Positions 1 to 10,772 of a stretch of DNA of 32,000 nucleotides are shown piece by piece. This DNA comes from Okeania sp. (GTDB lineage: Bacteria; Cyanobacteriota; Cyanobacteriia; Cyanobacteriales; Microcoleaceae). Positions within the stretch are counted from its first letter, which is position 1; every line of letters starts with the position of its first letter. A program made the position numbers and the translations under genes. The notes beneath the pieces are model-generated. The model was not told the origin of the DNA, made no database searches, and saw nothing but the letters and a program-made list of their open reading frames with translations. The DNA lies in NCBI RefSeq assembly GCF_035285525.1, contig NZ_JAYKGW010000119.1, positions 24,336 through 56,335 on the forward strand. Direction: 5' to 3'.

Positions 1-94
1 ATCTTGGGGATGCTCAAATAAAGTTTCCCAAACTATTATTGTAAACATTCAGTAGGAAATGCTTACACCAGAGCAAATTAAAAGTTAAGTTAAT

Positions 95-1348
95 ATGAAT
101 TTATTAGAATATCAGGCGAAGGCATTGTTTGGCGAAATAGGAATACCTGTTTTACCATCTCAAAAAATAGATTATCCTCAAGATTTAAAAAGGTTAAAAA
201 TACCCTATCCAATTGTACTAAAATCTCAAGTTCATCATGGGGAAAGAATTAGTTTAGGCGGAATTAAATTTGTTGAAAATACAATAGATGCGGTGGCAGC
301 AGCTCAGACAATTTTTAATTTGCCAATTAAAGATGAATATCCAGAAGTTTTGTTAGCAGAGGTAAAATATAATCCTGACCAAGAATTATATTTAGCTGTT
401 GTTTTAGACCCAATAGTACGTCGTCCTGTACTTATAGGTTCAGCGCAAAGGATTGTTGATACAGAAAAAACCATGAAAAATATACAAAAAGTGGTTGTGA
501 ATCAAGAATTTTCCCCTTTTTATGCACGTCGTTTAATGGTAAAAATTGGGCTGGAAGGAAAACTAATAACATCAGTAAGTCATATAGTTGAAAAAATGTA
601 TCAATTGTTTGTAGAAAAGGATTTAGATTTGATAGAAATTAATCCTCTTGGTATTAGTCCAAGAGGAGAAGTAATGGCTTTAGATGGTAGAGTTAGTGTT
701 AATAATTATGCTTTAGGTCGTCATCCAGAGTTGGTGAGTTTAGTTAGCAAAAATGTTAGTAATAATTATGAACTTCAAGAGAAAAAGGTAAATGGAATAT
801 ATAATAATTTGCAAGTATTGAATAAGAATAATAATGGTATTTGTAAGGAAAAATTTATTCCAGATTATCGACTGAAATTAACGGAGTTAAATGGAAATAT
901 CGGAATTTTATGTAATGGTGAAGGTTTGACAATGGCTACTCTTGATTGGGTAATGCAATGTCATGGTAAACCAGCTAATTTTTTGAATATTAATTTGGGT
1001 GATTATTTTGAGTTAAAAGATGGTTGGCGATCGCATATTTTTACTGCTTTGGATTTAGTTAGTCGGTCAAAAAATGTTGATGTGGTTTTGATAAATATTA
1101 CAGGTATAGTTCAGACAAGTGATGAGTTGATTACTATAATATCTGAATATTTTAATCAGTTAAAAACTGTAGAACAAAAAACAATTCCTTTTGTACTGCG
1201 TTTATTAGGAGGTAACATTAAAAGAGTTAGAGAAAGTTTATCAGGTTTCTCAATAGAGGTTATAGAAAAATTGGAAGATGCAGTTAAAAAAGCTGTTTAT
1301 CTATCTAAAGAAGGGAGAAGGGAGCAGGGAGCAGGGAGTAGGGAGTAG
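95..1348 (+). CDS. sucC: succinyl-CoA synthetase beta subunit (ATP-grasp)
   Basis: N-terminus MNLLEYQAKALFGEIGIPV and GNIGILCNGEGLTMATLD match the canonical SucC motifs. Followed by sucD. The last codons (EQGAGSRE*) lie inside a heptamer repeat. Confidence 0.85.
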   Translation: MNLLEYQAKALFGEIGIPVLPSQKIDYPQDLKRLKIPYPIVLKSQVHHGERISLGGIKFVENTIDAVAAAQTIFNLPIKDEYPEVLLAEVKYNPDQELYLAVVLDPIVRRPVLIGSAQRIVDTEKTMKNIQKVVVNQEFSPFYARRLMVKIGLEGKLITSVSHIVEKMYQLFVEKDLDLIEINPLGISPRGEVMALDGRVSVNNYALGRHPELVSLVSKNVSNNYELQEKKVNGIYNNLQVLNKNNNGICKEKFIPDYRLKLTELNGNIGILCNGEGLTMATLDWVMQCHGKPANFLNINLGDYFELKDGWRSHIFTALDLVSRSKNVDVVLINITGIVQTSDELITIISEYFNQLKTVEQKTIPFVLRLLGGNIKRVRESLSGFSIEVIEKLEDAVKKAVYLSKEGRREQGAGSRE

Positions 1349-1368
1349 GGAGTAGGGAGTAGGGAGTA
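1311..1368. repeat. heptamer tandem repeat (GGGAGNA)n, about 8 units, overlapping the sucC 3' end and stop codon
   Basis: Direct reading: aagggag aagggag cagggag cagggag tagggag tagggag tagggag tagggag. The sucC TAG (1346-1348) is part of one unit. Confidence 0.9.
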
Positions 1369-1399
1369 AAGCCACCCCTAACCCCTCCCTGGAGGGGAA

Positions 1400-1625
1400 G
1401 TAAAGAGTTGCAGGGATTTATATAGGAGGTATACGGTTCCGGAGGAATCAGAAAAATTATCCCCTGACTTGGGTGCCCCTATCTTAATCCAAATACATAC
1501 TAACTTTTTGATTTTTCCGGAACTGTGCTTTAAGGAGAGAAAATCTCGTACTTTTTCTGAGCTAAAAAATGCTTTTATCTTTACCTGTCAATGCTTCTAT
1601 ATTTGATCGGCAAATCCTAACTACT
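1400..1625 (+). mobile_element. diverged copy of MITE-like family A
   Basis: Blocks shared with 9187-9452 and 16674-16946: gaattatcccYtga, gatttttcYgg(g)aacYgt, ctaaaaaatgct, gcaaNtYctaaYta. Boundaries approximate. Confidence 0.35.
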
Positions 1626-1726
1626 TAATTAATTATTCCCTATTCCCTCAAACTTAAACTTGTTTAACTAACTGTTTAACTAACAGACAACAGAAAGCAC
1701 TGTAAGAAATTTATTTTGCACTACTA

Positions 1727-1851
1727 ATTATATAGCAATGCGTGCATAGGTTGTGAAAAATAAATAAAGTAAATTAAAAAACTGAAACTTCTACTTGTTC
1801 CCTCAAAGTAATGAAATTTTTTACACAACTCAAAGGGGATTGCTATATAAT
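1727..1851. mobile_element. 125-bp MITE-like element with perfect 13-bp terminal inverted repeats
   Basis: ATTATATAGCAAT (1727-1739) is the exact reverse complement of ATTGCTATATAAT (1839-1851). The ends resemble the inverted repeats at 25138 and 25889. Confidence 0.6.
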
Positions 1852-1874
1852 AAATAATTAGTGGCTAAAATATT

Positions 1875-2756
1875 ATGAATTTAACTCGAAATAGTAAAGT
1901 TATAGTTCAGGGTGTGACAGAAAAAATATCTACCCAGATAGCCTTAATGATGAAATCTTCTGGCACAAATGTAGTAGCAATTATTAGTCCTGGAGAAGGG
2001 GGAAAAGAATGGGATGGCATTCCCGTTTTTAGTTTGGTAGAACAGGCAGTGGCAAAGGTGGGTATGATTGATGCTAGTGTGATAGTTATGCCTGCTTATC
2101 AGGTCTTAGATGCTGCTTTAGAGGCGATCGCTTCTGGCCTTAAACAAATTGTGATTGTGACAGAGGGTGTCCCTCCTCTGGATATGGTTAAGTTATTAAG
2201 AAAAGCTGAGGCCACAGAAACTCTGATTGTTGGGCCTAGTTGTGCAGGTATTATTGTACCAGACCAGTTTTTATTGGGTACTCATTCGCCTCAATTTTAT
2301 ACTCCAGGTAAAATTGGTATTCTTAGTAGAAGTAACACTCTGACTTATGAAGTTGCCTGGGAATTAACAAAGTCGAAGTTTGGCCAGTCTATTTGTGTGA
2401 GTTTGGGTTGCGATCCAATTGTTGGTTCTTCTTTTCTCCAATGGTTGCAAATATTAGATGAGGATGAGCGTACAGAGTTGATTGTCTTAGTGGGAGGAGT
2501 TAGTGGTGTAAGTGAGGAAGTAGCAGCTTCTTATATTTCAGAAACGATTGATAAACCTGTTATTGCTTATATTGCTGGTACTTATGCTCCTCTAAATCAA
2601 AATCATAGTCATGGTAGTTATTTAATTAGTGCTAGGGTTGCTGGTGAAATTGAGAGTAAAATTGCAGCTTTTGAGGCTGTTAAAATACCAGTAGCAAAAT
2701 GTCCTTCTGATATTCCAAGTTTAGTTGGAAATTTACTGGAAAAGAAATGTTCTTAA
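1875..2756 (+). CDS. sucD: succinyl-CoA synthetase alpha subunit-like protein
   Basis: Typical SucD size and layout (KVIVQGVT..., VVAIISPGEGG, IVIVTEGVPPLD, GPSCAGII), downstream of sucC. The Gly-rich and phosphohistidine loops are non-canonical (see findings). Confidence 0.75.
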   Translation: MNLTRNSKVIVQGVTEKISTQIALMMKSSGTNVVAIISPGEGGKEWDGIPVFSLVEQAVAKVGMIDASVIVMPAYQVLDAALEAIASGLKQIVIVTEGVPPLDMVKLLRKAEATETLIVGPSCAGIIVPDQFLLGTHSPQFYTPGKIGILSRSNTLTYEVAWELTKSKFGQSICVSLGCDPIVGSSFLQWLQILDEDERTELIVLVGGVSGVSEEVAASYISETIDKPVIAYIAGTYAPLNQNHSHGSYLISARVAGEIESKIAAFEAVKIPVAKCPSDIPSLVGNLLEKKCS

Positions 2757-2855
2757 TTTCTATTTTAATAATATTGATTGATTCCAGAAATATTTGGAAT
2801 TATTTAATTTTTCAACTGTAGGGGTTTGGTTACCAAACCTCTTTCCCCTTGGGTA

Positions 2856-3000
2856 ATATCAAATCCGCTGGCTTTGGAGAAGAAAATTATACCATCAGAA
2901 AAGAAGGAAAAGTCCTAGTTTGTATAGGGTACGGTTCCCGAAAAATTGGATACCAAACCCCTACAATTTTTAATTTTACCGATACTACCGGATTTGATAT
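2856..3000. mobile_element. MITE-like family B copy (145 bp) with perfect 12-bp TIRs
   Basis: ATATCAAATCCG (2856-2867) and CGGATTTGATAT (2989-3000). The interior (ctggctttggaga...gggtacggttcccgaaaaattgga...ccaaacccctaca) is nearly identical to 27012-27157. Confidence 0.75.
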
Positions 3001-3035
3001 AAGGTGAATTTTAGATATGGCTATAAGGAAAAAAC

Positions 3036-3092
3036 TGTAGGGGTTTGGTTTCCAAATCCCTTTGCACTTCGGGAAAGGAGACCAAACCCCGC
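3036..3092. repeat. long hairpin repeat (GGGGTTTGGT ... ACCAAACCCC)
   Basis: 10-bp stem 3040-3049 / 3081-3090 with an inner CCTTT/AAAGG stem. Related hairpins at 2817-2850 and 25797-25852. Confidence 0.5.
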
Positions 3093-3160
3093 ATTTATAA
3101 ATCTTACAACTTAACCTATATTACTCATACATCATAACAAAATTCAGGAACCCCTCAAAA

Positions 3161-4585
3161 CTAACCTGAAGTTTCTGGTACTTCCTCTGCTTCTGGTTCT
3201 CCTTCTCCAAATACTACTCGTAATAGGGGAGGCGCTAAGAATGTGGTAATAATCACCATCAAAATAATTGCTACATCCAAAGCAGGAGATAAAGCACCAC
3301 TAGCGGAACCAACAGCAGCAAAGACTAAACCAACTTCACCCCGTGGTACCATACCAACACCAATAGCTAAACGATTAACATTACCTAAACCAAACACACT
3401 AAAACCACAAGCAACTTTACCGACAATAGCAACTACTATTAAGAAAATTGCAATTACCAAACCTTCTCGGTTAGCAGGAACAGCAGGGTTAAGAACACCC
3501 AAATTAGTTTTTGCTCCCACAGTAACAAAGAAAATCGGAACTAGCACATCAGAAATAGGCAGAATTAGTTTTTCTAATTCTCGTCCCACCTCTGTTTCGT
3601 GCAAGTTATCTAAAACTAATCCTGCAGCAAAAGCTCCCAATATTGCCTCCAAATGGATAGCAGCACCAACATAAGACATAAACAATGCTATTGTCAAAGC
3701 TGGAATCACTGCTCTACCTCTGGTTTTAAATTTTTCAGCAAAGAAAATAAAAGTATCGTTGAAGAAACGACCTAGCAATACTGCACCTACCAAAAATACA
3801 CTCGCACTAACAATTAAATAGACAGCATTGATAATATCAACTTCACCAGTTTTCGCTAAACTTGCTACTACTGCTAGGATAATAATACCCATAACATCAT
3901 CTATAACTGCGGCACCGAGAATAATTTGACCTTCTTTTGTGTTGAGACGGTTAATTTCTGTTAATACTCTGGAAGTGATACCAATACTCGTCGCTGTCAG
4001 TGCTGCTCCGGCAAAAATTGCTGGTACTGCTGAGACATGAAATATCCCCATCATTCCTGCTGTACCTGCAACAAATGGTAATGTTACCCCAACAGTTGCT
4101 ACAACTAGAGACTGAACACCAACTTGCATTAAGTCTTTGATATTAGATTCTAGACCAATTTCAAACAACAAAATGATTACGCCTATTTCTGCTAGAACTT
4201 CTAGTACCTCACTTTGAGCTTGAAATGTAACCTCAGCAGCATCAGGAGCTAAACCTGCTGTTAGTTCTAACATTTTCACAATTATTGATGCAGAACTATC
4301 AACCCCATTTTCTGGAAAAATCACTAAATTGAGGGCGGAAATACCGATAACTACACCTCCTACCAATTCTCCTAACACTGGTGGGAAACCTAGCCAGTTA
4401 AAAAATTCGCCCCCTGCTTTACTAGCTATATAAATGGCCACTAAACTCAGAAGCACTCCTGCCAACACCATTGCTGGTTCAGCTTTGATTTCTGTGGCCA
4501 TAGCCAGTATCGGTGCAATTTTCCCTGATAAAGGAAATAAGAAAATTTCACTCACAAAATTAGACCCTGCCATTAAACTAAACAT
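3161..4585 (-). CDS. cation:proton antiporter, CPA2 family (NhaS/Kef-like)
   Basis: 474 aa polytopic membrane protein with CPA2-like motifs (PPVLGELVGGVVIG, EIGLE). An alternative start at 4501 (MATEIK...) is possible. Confidence 0.8.
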   Translation of the reverse strand: MFSLMAGSNFVSEIFLFPLSGKIAPILAMATEIKAEPAMVLAGVLLSLVAIYIASKAGGEFFNWLGFPPVLGELVGGVVIGISALNLVIFPENGVDSSASIIVKMLELTAGLAPDAAEVTFQAQSEVLEVLAEIGVIILLFEIGLESNIKDLMQVGVQSLVVATVGVTLPFVAGTAGMMGIFHVSAVPAIFAGAALTATSIGITSRVLTEINRLNTKEGQIILGAAVIDDVMGIIILAVVASLAKTGEVDIINAVYLIVSASVFLVGAVLLGRFFNDTFIFFAEKFKTRGRAVIPALTIALFMSYVGAAIHLEAILGAFAAGLVLDNLHETEVGRELEKLILPISDVLVPIFFVTVGAKTNLGVLNPAVPANREGLVIAIFLIVVAIVGKVACGFSVFGLGNVNRLAIGVGMVPRGEVGLVFAAVGSASGALSPALDVAIILMVIITTFLAPPLLRVVFGEGEPEAEEVPETSG

Positions 4586-4645
4586 TAAATCTTTCTAAAT
4601 CATCTTGATTTAATGTAACAGGACTTTGGGTAGTGGTGGTCTATT

Positions 4646-4714
4646 AATTTAGAATTTAGAATTTAGAATTTAGAATTTAGAATTTAGAATTTAGAATTTA
4701 GAATTTAGAATTTA
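4646..4714. repeat. heptamer tandem repeat (AATTTAG)n, about 10 units
   Basis: Direct reading of aatttag repeated. Followed by GGCTTCT-type units to about 4750. Confidence 0.9.
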
Positions 4715-4750
4715 TTCCTGCTTCTGGCTTTTGGCTTCTGGCTTCTTCCT

Positions 4751-5566
4751 TTATGAAGCAAAAACCCTATGTTGGAGGGACGGCATTTGCCTACGAACTT
4801 GTTGTAGACGAGTAGGGTTAATTTCTGCGATCGCTACTCCTGGTTTATCGCCAGTATCTGCCAAAATCAAACCCCAGGGGTCAATTATCATTGCATGGCC
4901 ATGACTTTGTCTTCGACCGTAATGATTACCTGTTTGGGCTGGAGCGATAATATAACAGGTATTTTCTATGGCCCGTGCTTGCAGTAATACTTGCCAGTGG
5001 TCTTTTCCTGTAAATGCGGTGAAAGCTGCTGGTACAAATAAAACTTCAGCTCCTGCTTTGGAGAGATGTCGATATAGTTCTGGAAATCTTATATCATAGC
5101 ATACTGATATACCAAAATTACCATAATCTTGAGATGAATAAACGGATGGTAGTTTAACACCTGCTTTGACTGTGTTGGATTCTCGGTAAGTATTACCATC
5201 AGGTATATTAACGTCAAATAAATGTGCTTTGGCATACCTGGCTACTTCTGTTCCATTAGGCTCAATTAAAGATGCAACATTGTAGACTTTACCATCTGTT
5301 GTTGGTACTGGATACCCACCTCCTAAAATGGTAATTTGGTATTTTTGAGCAATTGTTTTGAGAAATTTTTCAGTTGCTGTAGCGATCGCTTCTGCTTGAG
5401 ATATTTTTTCTTCTTCTTCACCTAAAAAAGGAAAATTTTCTGGTAAGGTAACTAATTCTGCACCTTGACGAATAGCTAAGTCTATTAATTCTTCTGCCTG
5501 TGATAAATTTTTTGACAAGTCAGGCACACTTGTCATTGATATGGCAGCAGCGAGATAGGATTTCAT
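4751..5566 (-). CDS. carbon-nitrogen hydrolase family protein (Nit/omega-amidase-like)
   Basis: Nitrilase-superfamily E-K-C triad contexts: TLPENFPF, YAKAHLFDV, ISVCYDIRFPE. Confidence 0.85.
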   Translation of the reverse strand: MKSYLAAAISMTSVPDLSKNLSQAEELIDLAIRQGAELVTLPENFPFLGEEEEKISQAEAIATATEKFLKTIAQKYQITILGGGYPVPTTDGKVYNVASLIEPNGTEVARYAKAHLFDVNIPDGNTYRESNTVKAGVKLPSVYSSQDYGNFGISVCYDIRFPELYRHLSKAGAEVLFVPAAFTAFTGKDHWQVLLQARAIENTCYIIAPAQTGNHYGRRQSHGHAMIIDPWGLILADTGDKPGVAIAEINPTRLQQVRRQMPSLQHRVFAS

Positions 5567-5864
5567 TAAGTTAGTTTTTCAGTGGTCTTAAAAATAATTA
5601 ATAATTAATAATGGATAATTAATAATTTAGAGATACTTTTCATTATCAATTATCCATTATCTATTTAGCTAGGATGGTGTCAGAAATCAAGTTTTCAACT
5701 TTAATTTAGTTAAGAATGTTGATTTCTGTATTCACCACATTTTTAACTTGGCAATTTGAGGTTGAATTTGATCTTAATCTTTTCTCATACTATTAAATTT
5801 AATCTGAATATTTCAGATAATTCAGAGAAATTTTGATTAATTCAAAATTCTGATTTTTTTGCTT

Positions 5865-5990
5865 TTACATAGGGTGGAAAAGCAGGTCTGGGAAAAAGCG
5901 ATTAAACTCAATTAAAATTCCAGCTGTGATAGTCATCCAAGCTGCAGCCAAAACTGGAGCTGTAGATAGATACTTAAGTAAGTCTTGCAT
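5865..5990 (-). CDS. psaJ: photosystem I reaction centre subunit IX
   Basis: Not in the ORF track. Hand translation of the minus strand gives [41 protein letters not shown] (41 aa), matching the PsaJ core STAPV...[21 protein letters not shown]. Downstream of psaF on the same strand. Confidence 0.9.
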   Translation of the reverse strand: MQDLLKYLSTAPVLAAAWMTITAGILIEFNRFFPDLLFHPM

Positions 5991-6313
5991 GAATATTTCT
6001 CCTGAAACTGATTTTTAAACCAGGTGTTGTTCAGACAATGTTAATTTGCTATCAGCTTTTAGCATTTCCATACCGAAAGGCTCTGCAAACAACTATCAGC
6101 TTTGACTGGGTTAAAGTCCATAAAAACTATATGTCTAAGATAGACTTAAATACCCTACTCGCACTTTCAAAAAAAATGCTCATGCTGATTGCTAGTTGCT
6201 GACCGCTGACTGCTCTTTGAAAAACATTGTTTTAAATAGATTGGTAATTATTAAGTTAGTATTTCTATACTGACTAAAATTACCTAATTTATGGTGTTCC
6301 GTTCGTCACTTTT

Positions 6314-6805
6314 CTAGCGAGGTGAAACAGTAATTTCGTTATCTTTAGCAAACATTTCGCCTGAAGCATATTCCTTGAATGCTAACAGAGGCCATAAAAA
6401 GCCACCTAGCATTTTTTGGATTGCTAAAGGTACATCAATAATAATCTCTTTTTCTTCTGAATTTTTATCAGATTTAATTGCTTGAAGATAGGAACGACCT
6501 ACCCAACCAATCCAACCTGCAATATACAAGAATAAAATGCCAGGAATAGTAAAGTCCCCAGCGTGACTCCAACTTCCATCTACGATTAAATGAGGTAGTC
6601 CGTCGTCTTTTCCACAAAGTTGTTGGGAATAGCGTTCAAATCGTTTTGTGCCAGATTCTGGATCTGCTGTAGTCGGACGAGCATTTTCAGCTAATGCCTG
6701 AAAAGCAGGTGATTCTGAACAAGGTACTAAATTATATGCTGATGCTGTAGGTACAAAAGTTACCCAAAGACTAATGGCTAAAACTAAAGCCAACAATCGT
6801 CTCAT
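6314..6805 (-). CDS. psaF: photosystem I reaction centre subunit III
   Basis: [23 protein letters not shown] signal peptide, then [11 protein letters not shown]...RFERY...[12 protein letters not shown]...[13 protein letters not shown], a canonical PsaF. Start moved from the ORF-track 6874 to the ATG at 6805. Confidence 0.9.
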   Translation of the reverse strand: MRRLLALVLAISLWVTFVPTASAYNLVPCSESPAFQALAENARPTTADPESGTKRFERYSQQLCGKDDGLPHLIVDGSWSHAGDFTIPGILFLYIAGWIGWVGRSYLQAIKSDKNSEEKEIIIDVPLAIQKMLGGFLWPLLAFKEYASGEMFAKDNEITVSPR

Positions 6806-7152
6806 GGAATTGTTTCCTTTTATTACAAAGTGTTGACAATTACCTATACTTCTGTTGCCAAATAATAGCTCCAAAAGAAAGGATTTTTTGATTAAGATTT
6901 TCCCAACTCCAAAAGCAACAGTTTGGAACTGGTATTCTTGACTTAATGATTGGGATTTTCTGCTGCCAAAGATGACTAACTAGGCCAATGTTTTTTGAGC
7001 CTATCTGTATCTTCTCCACAGAATATTTTTACCACGATGTGTTTCACCAGAGGTATTTCTTATTCGTCTGATTTTACAATACTTTATTTACCTCAACACT
7101 AAATTTATTTAGTGCTAATATTTTGATTATATTAATATCAATTTATGTAGCA

Positions 7153-7725
7153 ATGACAAGGGTTTTAGCTATAGAAACAAGTTGTGATGAAACATCTGTG
7201 GCAATTGTTAAAAATTATCAAGTTTTAAGTAATATTGTAAAGTCACAAATTAATATTCATAGCTTTTATGGAGGTGTAGTTCCTGAAGTAGCCTCAAGAC
7301 AACATTTAGAAATAATAAATCAGGCGATCGCTCAAGCTTTCAGAGAAGCAGATTTAGATTGGCCAGATATTGATGGTATTGGGGCTACTTGTGCCCCTGG
7401 TTTAGTGGGCGCTTTATTAGTGGGCCTAACAGCAGCAAAAACTCTAGCTATTGTTCATAACCAGCCATTTGTGGGAGTCCATCATTTAGAAGGTCATATT
7501 TATGCAGCCTATCTGACTAGACCAGAATTAAAACCACCTTTCCTCTGTTTGTTAGTTTCTGGAGGTCATACCAGTTTGATATATGTTAAAGACTGTGGAG
7601 AGTATGAAACTTTAGGAAAAACCAGAGATGATGCAGCAGGAGAAGCTTTTGATAAAGTAGCGAGATTATTAAAGCTTGGGTATCCAGGTGGACCAATAAT
7701 TGATAAATTAGCAGTAGAAGGCAAT
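7153..7725 (+). CDS. tsaD: tRNA N6-adenosine threonylcarbamoyltransferase, exon 1
   Basis: [19 protein letters not shown]..., [30 protein letters not shown]. Conservation stops at codon AAT (7723-7725), immediately before GTGCG. Confidence 0.85.
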
Positions 7726-8659
<934 letters not shown>

Positions 8660-9151
8660 AAATTAGCCTTTAACCTTCCAGAAGGGAAAATTTCTTTGCC
8701 AGGAGGAGGTTATCATCCTTATGATTTTAGTTTTAGTGGACTAAAAACTGCTGTATTGCGATTAGTTCAGAAATTAGAATCAGAGGGTAATGAGTTATTA
8801 CCTGATTCTTCATTAACAAAGGATATTGCAGCTAGCTTTCAAGAGACTGTAGCGAAAGGACTAACAAAACGAGCGATCGCTTGTGCCCTGGACTATGGAT
8901 TAAATACAATTGTTATTGGTGGAGGTGTAGCAGCAAATAGTGGTTTGCGATGGCACTTGAGCAAAGCAGCAGAAAGTCATAATTTACAGGTATTATTTCC
9001 ACCAATGAAATTTTGTACAGATAATGCAGCTATGATTGGTTGTGCTGCGGCAGACCATCTGAGTCGAGGCCATATTTCATCTTTGAATTTAGGAGCTAGT
9101 TCTCGAATGGCTATTCAAGATGTGATGAAATTATATAGCCCTACAGGCTAG
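8660..9151 (+). CDS. tsaD: tRNA N6-adenosine threonylcarbamoyltransferase, exon 2
   Basis: KLAFNLPEGKISLPGGGYHPYDFSFSGLKTAVLRLVQ...FCTDNAAMIG continues TsaD in frame. The spliced product is 354 aa. The 3' splice site could instead be 8656/8657; both keep the frame. Confidence 0.8.
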   Translation, partial: KLAFNLPEGKISLPGGGYHPYDFSFSGLKTAVLRLVQKLESEGNELLPDSSLTKDIAASFQETVAKGLTKRAIACALDYGLNTIVIGGGVAANSGLRWHLSKAAESHNLQVLFPPMKFCTDNAAMIGCAAADHLSRGHISSLNLGASSRMAIQDVMKLYSPTG

Positions 9152-9176
9152 GGAATAGGGAATAGGGAATAGGGAA
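9149..9176. repeat. heptamer tandem repeat (TAGGGAA)n starting at the tsaD stop codon
   Basis: tagggaa tagggaa tagggaa tagggaa. The first TAG is the tsaD stop. Confidence 0.9.
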
Positions 9177-9186
9177 CAATTATAGT

Positions 9187-9452
9187 TAGGGTTTGCTGAA
9201 AAAGTCTTTTGGTAGGGGGAAGGAGCCAGAATCGGTGAATCGTTGAATCCAGAAGGAATAGGAATTGCATGAAGAGGTAGTGAGAAGAATTATCCCTTGA
9301 TTTTCTGTAATAATTAGCTGATTTTTCGGGAACCGTAAATCCTAGATTTTTTAGCTTTCAAGATTTAAAAGGCGATACTTTTGACCTACCTAAAAATGCT
9401 AAAAGGTTTATACATCAAGGTTTTCATCTTTAATCAGCAAGTTCTAATTAGG
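9187..9452 (+). mobile_element. MITE-like family A copy (~265 bp)
   Basis: Starts TAGGGTTTGCTGA and ends TCAGCAAGTTCTAATTAGG (imperfect TIR). Aligns along its length with 16674-16946 and, in inverse orientation, with about 13985-14198. Confidence 0.65.
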
Positions 9453-9471
9453 AGTTACTGAAGGATTAGTA

Positions 9472-9530
9472 ATTAAATAAAAATAATTAAATAATTAAAT
9501 AATTAAATAATTAAATAATTGGTACTTTGA
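9472..9530. repeat. octamer tandem repeat (AAATAATT)n
   Basis: Direct reading, about 6-7 units. Confidence 0.85.
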
Positions 9531-9673
9531 AGCCTAGCCTTTCAAGGGGAAAAAGCGGTCGTCAGCGGAGCTTCCCGAAGGGTGAAATGGATGGGTTCCC
9601 TAACCATATCTAATCTCCCCTTGAGAAATAAATTTTTTCCTTTTATTGAATGCTCTTCCTTTTAGGGAGAGGT

Positions 9674-9714
9674 AATTATCAATTATCAATTATCTATTAT
9701 CTATTATCTATTAT
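9674..9714. repeat. heptamer tandem repeat (TATCAAT/TATCTAT)n
   Basis: Direct reading: aattatc aattatc aattatc tattatc tattatc tatta. Confidence 0.85.
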
Positions 9715-10053
9715 TGAAGCAGCAACCTTAGAAATAGTGCTTAAAACGCCATGGGCAATAGTTTTTTTGACTCTATAGATAGATGTTACTTTTGGGTAAG
9801 TCCTGATAATATCTAAATAGTTTTAGGATGTATCAAATATTATTCCTGATTCCTTATTGAAAAATCAAGGTATAAAGCCTTGCCATTCATAGAAAGAAGT
9901 AGTCGTTTTGTTGGCGCAAAGCTTTGCATAGGGAAAGAAAAAATTCCTTTTAGGGAATCTTCTTTATTTACCAGAAAATCATTAATAATTAATAATTAAT
10001 AATTAATTATTTATTTAACCATACTTTTTTAAACTAGAACTGCTACATCAGTA

Positions 10054-10548
10054 ATGAAAATTAGAAATGCTGAACTAAGAGACTTAAATGCCATTGTAGA
10101 TATTTATAATGCCTCAATTCCTAGTCGTATTGCTGCTGCTGACTTAGAATTTATATCTGTCGAGAGTCGTATTTCTTGGTATCAAGAACACTCATCAGAT
10201 AGTCGCCCTATTTTAGTTGTAGAACTAGATAATAAAGTTATCGGATGGCTAAGTATTCAGTCTTTTTCTGGCAGACCAGTCTACAAAGCTACAGCAGAAA
10301 TAAGTATATATATTGCTCCTAAATATCAAGGTCAAGGAATAGGAAAAAAATTACTTTCCGAAGCAATTAATCTCAGCCCTAAATTAGGAATTAAGACTTT
10401 GCTTGGTTTTATTTTTGCTCATAATATTCCTAGCTTAAATTTGTTTAAGAAGTTTGGTTTTGAACGTTGGGGTTATTTACCTAAAGTGGGTGATTTAGAT
10501 GGTAATACAGCAGATTTAGTAATTGTAGGAATTCATGTTGAGGAATAA
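10054..10548 (+). CDS. GNAT N-acetyltransferase, phosphinothricin/methionine-sulfoximine acetyltransferase-like
   Basis: IRNAELRDLNAIVDIYNASIP...SWYQEH... and the acetyl-CoA loop QGQGIGKKLL are typical of the PAT subfamily. Confidence 0.75.
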   Translation: MKIRNAELRDLNAIVDIYNASIPSRIAAADLEFISVESRISWYQEHSSDSRPILVVELDNKVIGWLSIQSFSGRPVYKATAEISIYIAPKYQGQGIGKKLLSEAINLSPKLGIKTLLGFIFAHNIPSLNLFKKFGFERWGYLPKVGDLDGNTADLVIVGIHVEE

Positions 10549-10620
10549 GGAAGAAGGAAGAAGGAAGAAGGAAGAAGGAGTAAGTAAGAAGGAGTAAGTA
10601 AGAAGGAGTAAGTAAGAAAG
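10541..10620. repeat. tandem repeat (GGAAGAA)n followed by (GGAGTAAGTAAGAA)3
   Basis: Direct reading. The first unit, ggaaTAA, contains the stop codon of the GNAT gene. Confidence 0.9.
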
Positions 10621-10772
10621 AAAAATTGATTTAATGGTAATCAGGGCTTAGTGATTAAATCTAAAAGTATTCATATTTTCTAGAGTCTGAAAAAGTGCAA
10701 GTTTTTAGGATGCTAAAAACTATCAAAATATGTACTTTATAGCGTGGGGAAATTTCTTTAATAATAAATTCA

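Noticed and set aside
3243-3674. 143-aa plus-strand ORF
   Set aside because: It is a shadow ORF fully inside the antiporter gene on the opposite strand, with a low-complexity Pro/Thr/Lys/Ala composition.
5681-5728. 10-bp perfect hairpin CAGAAATCAA / TTGATTTCTG as a terminator for psaJ or a regulatory element
   Set aside because: It has a 28-nt loop and no flanking T-run on either strand, and it lies about 140 nt from psaJ. That is not enough to call it.
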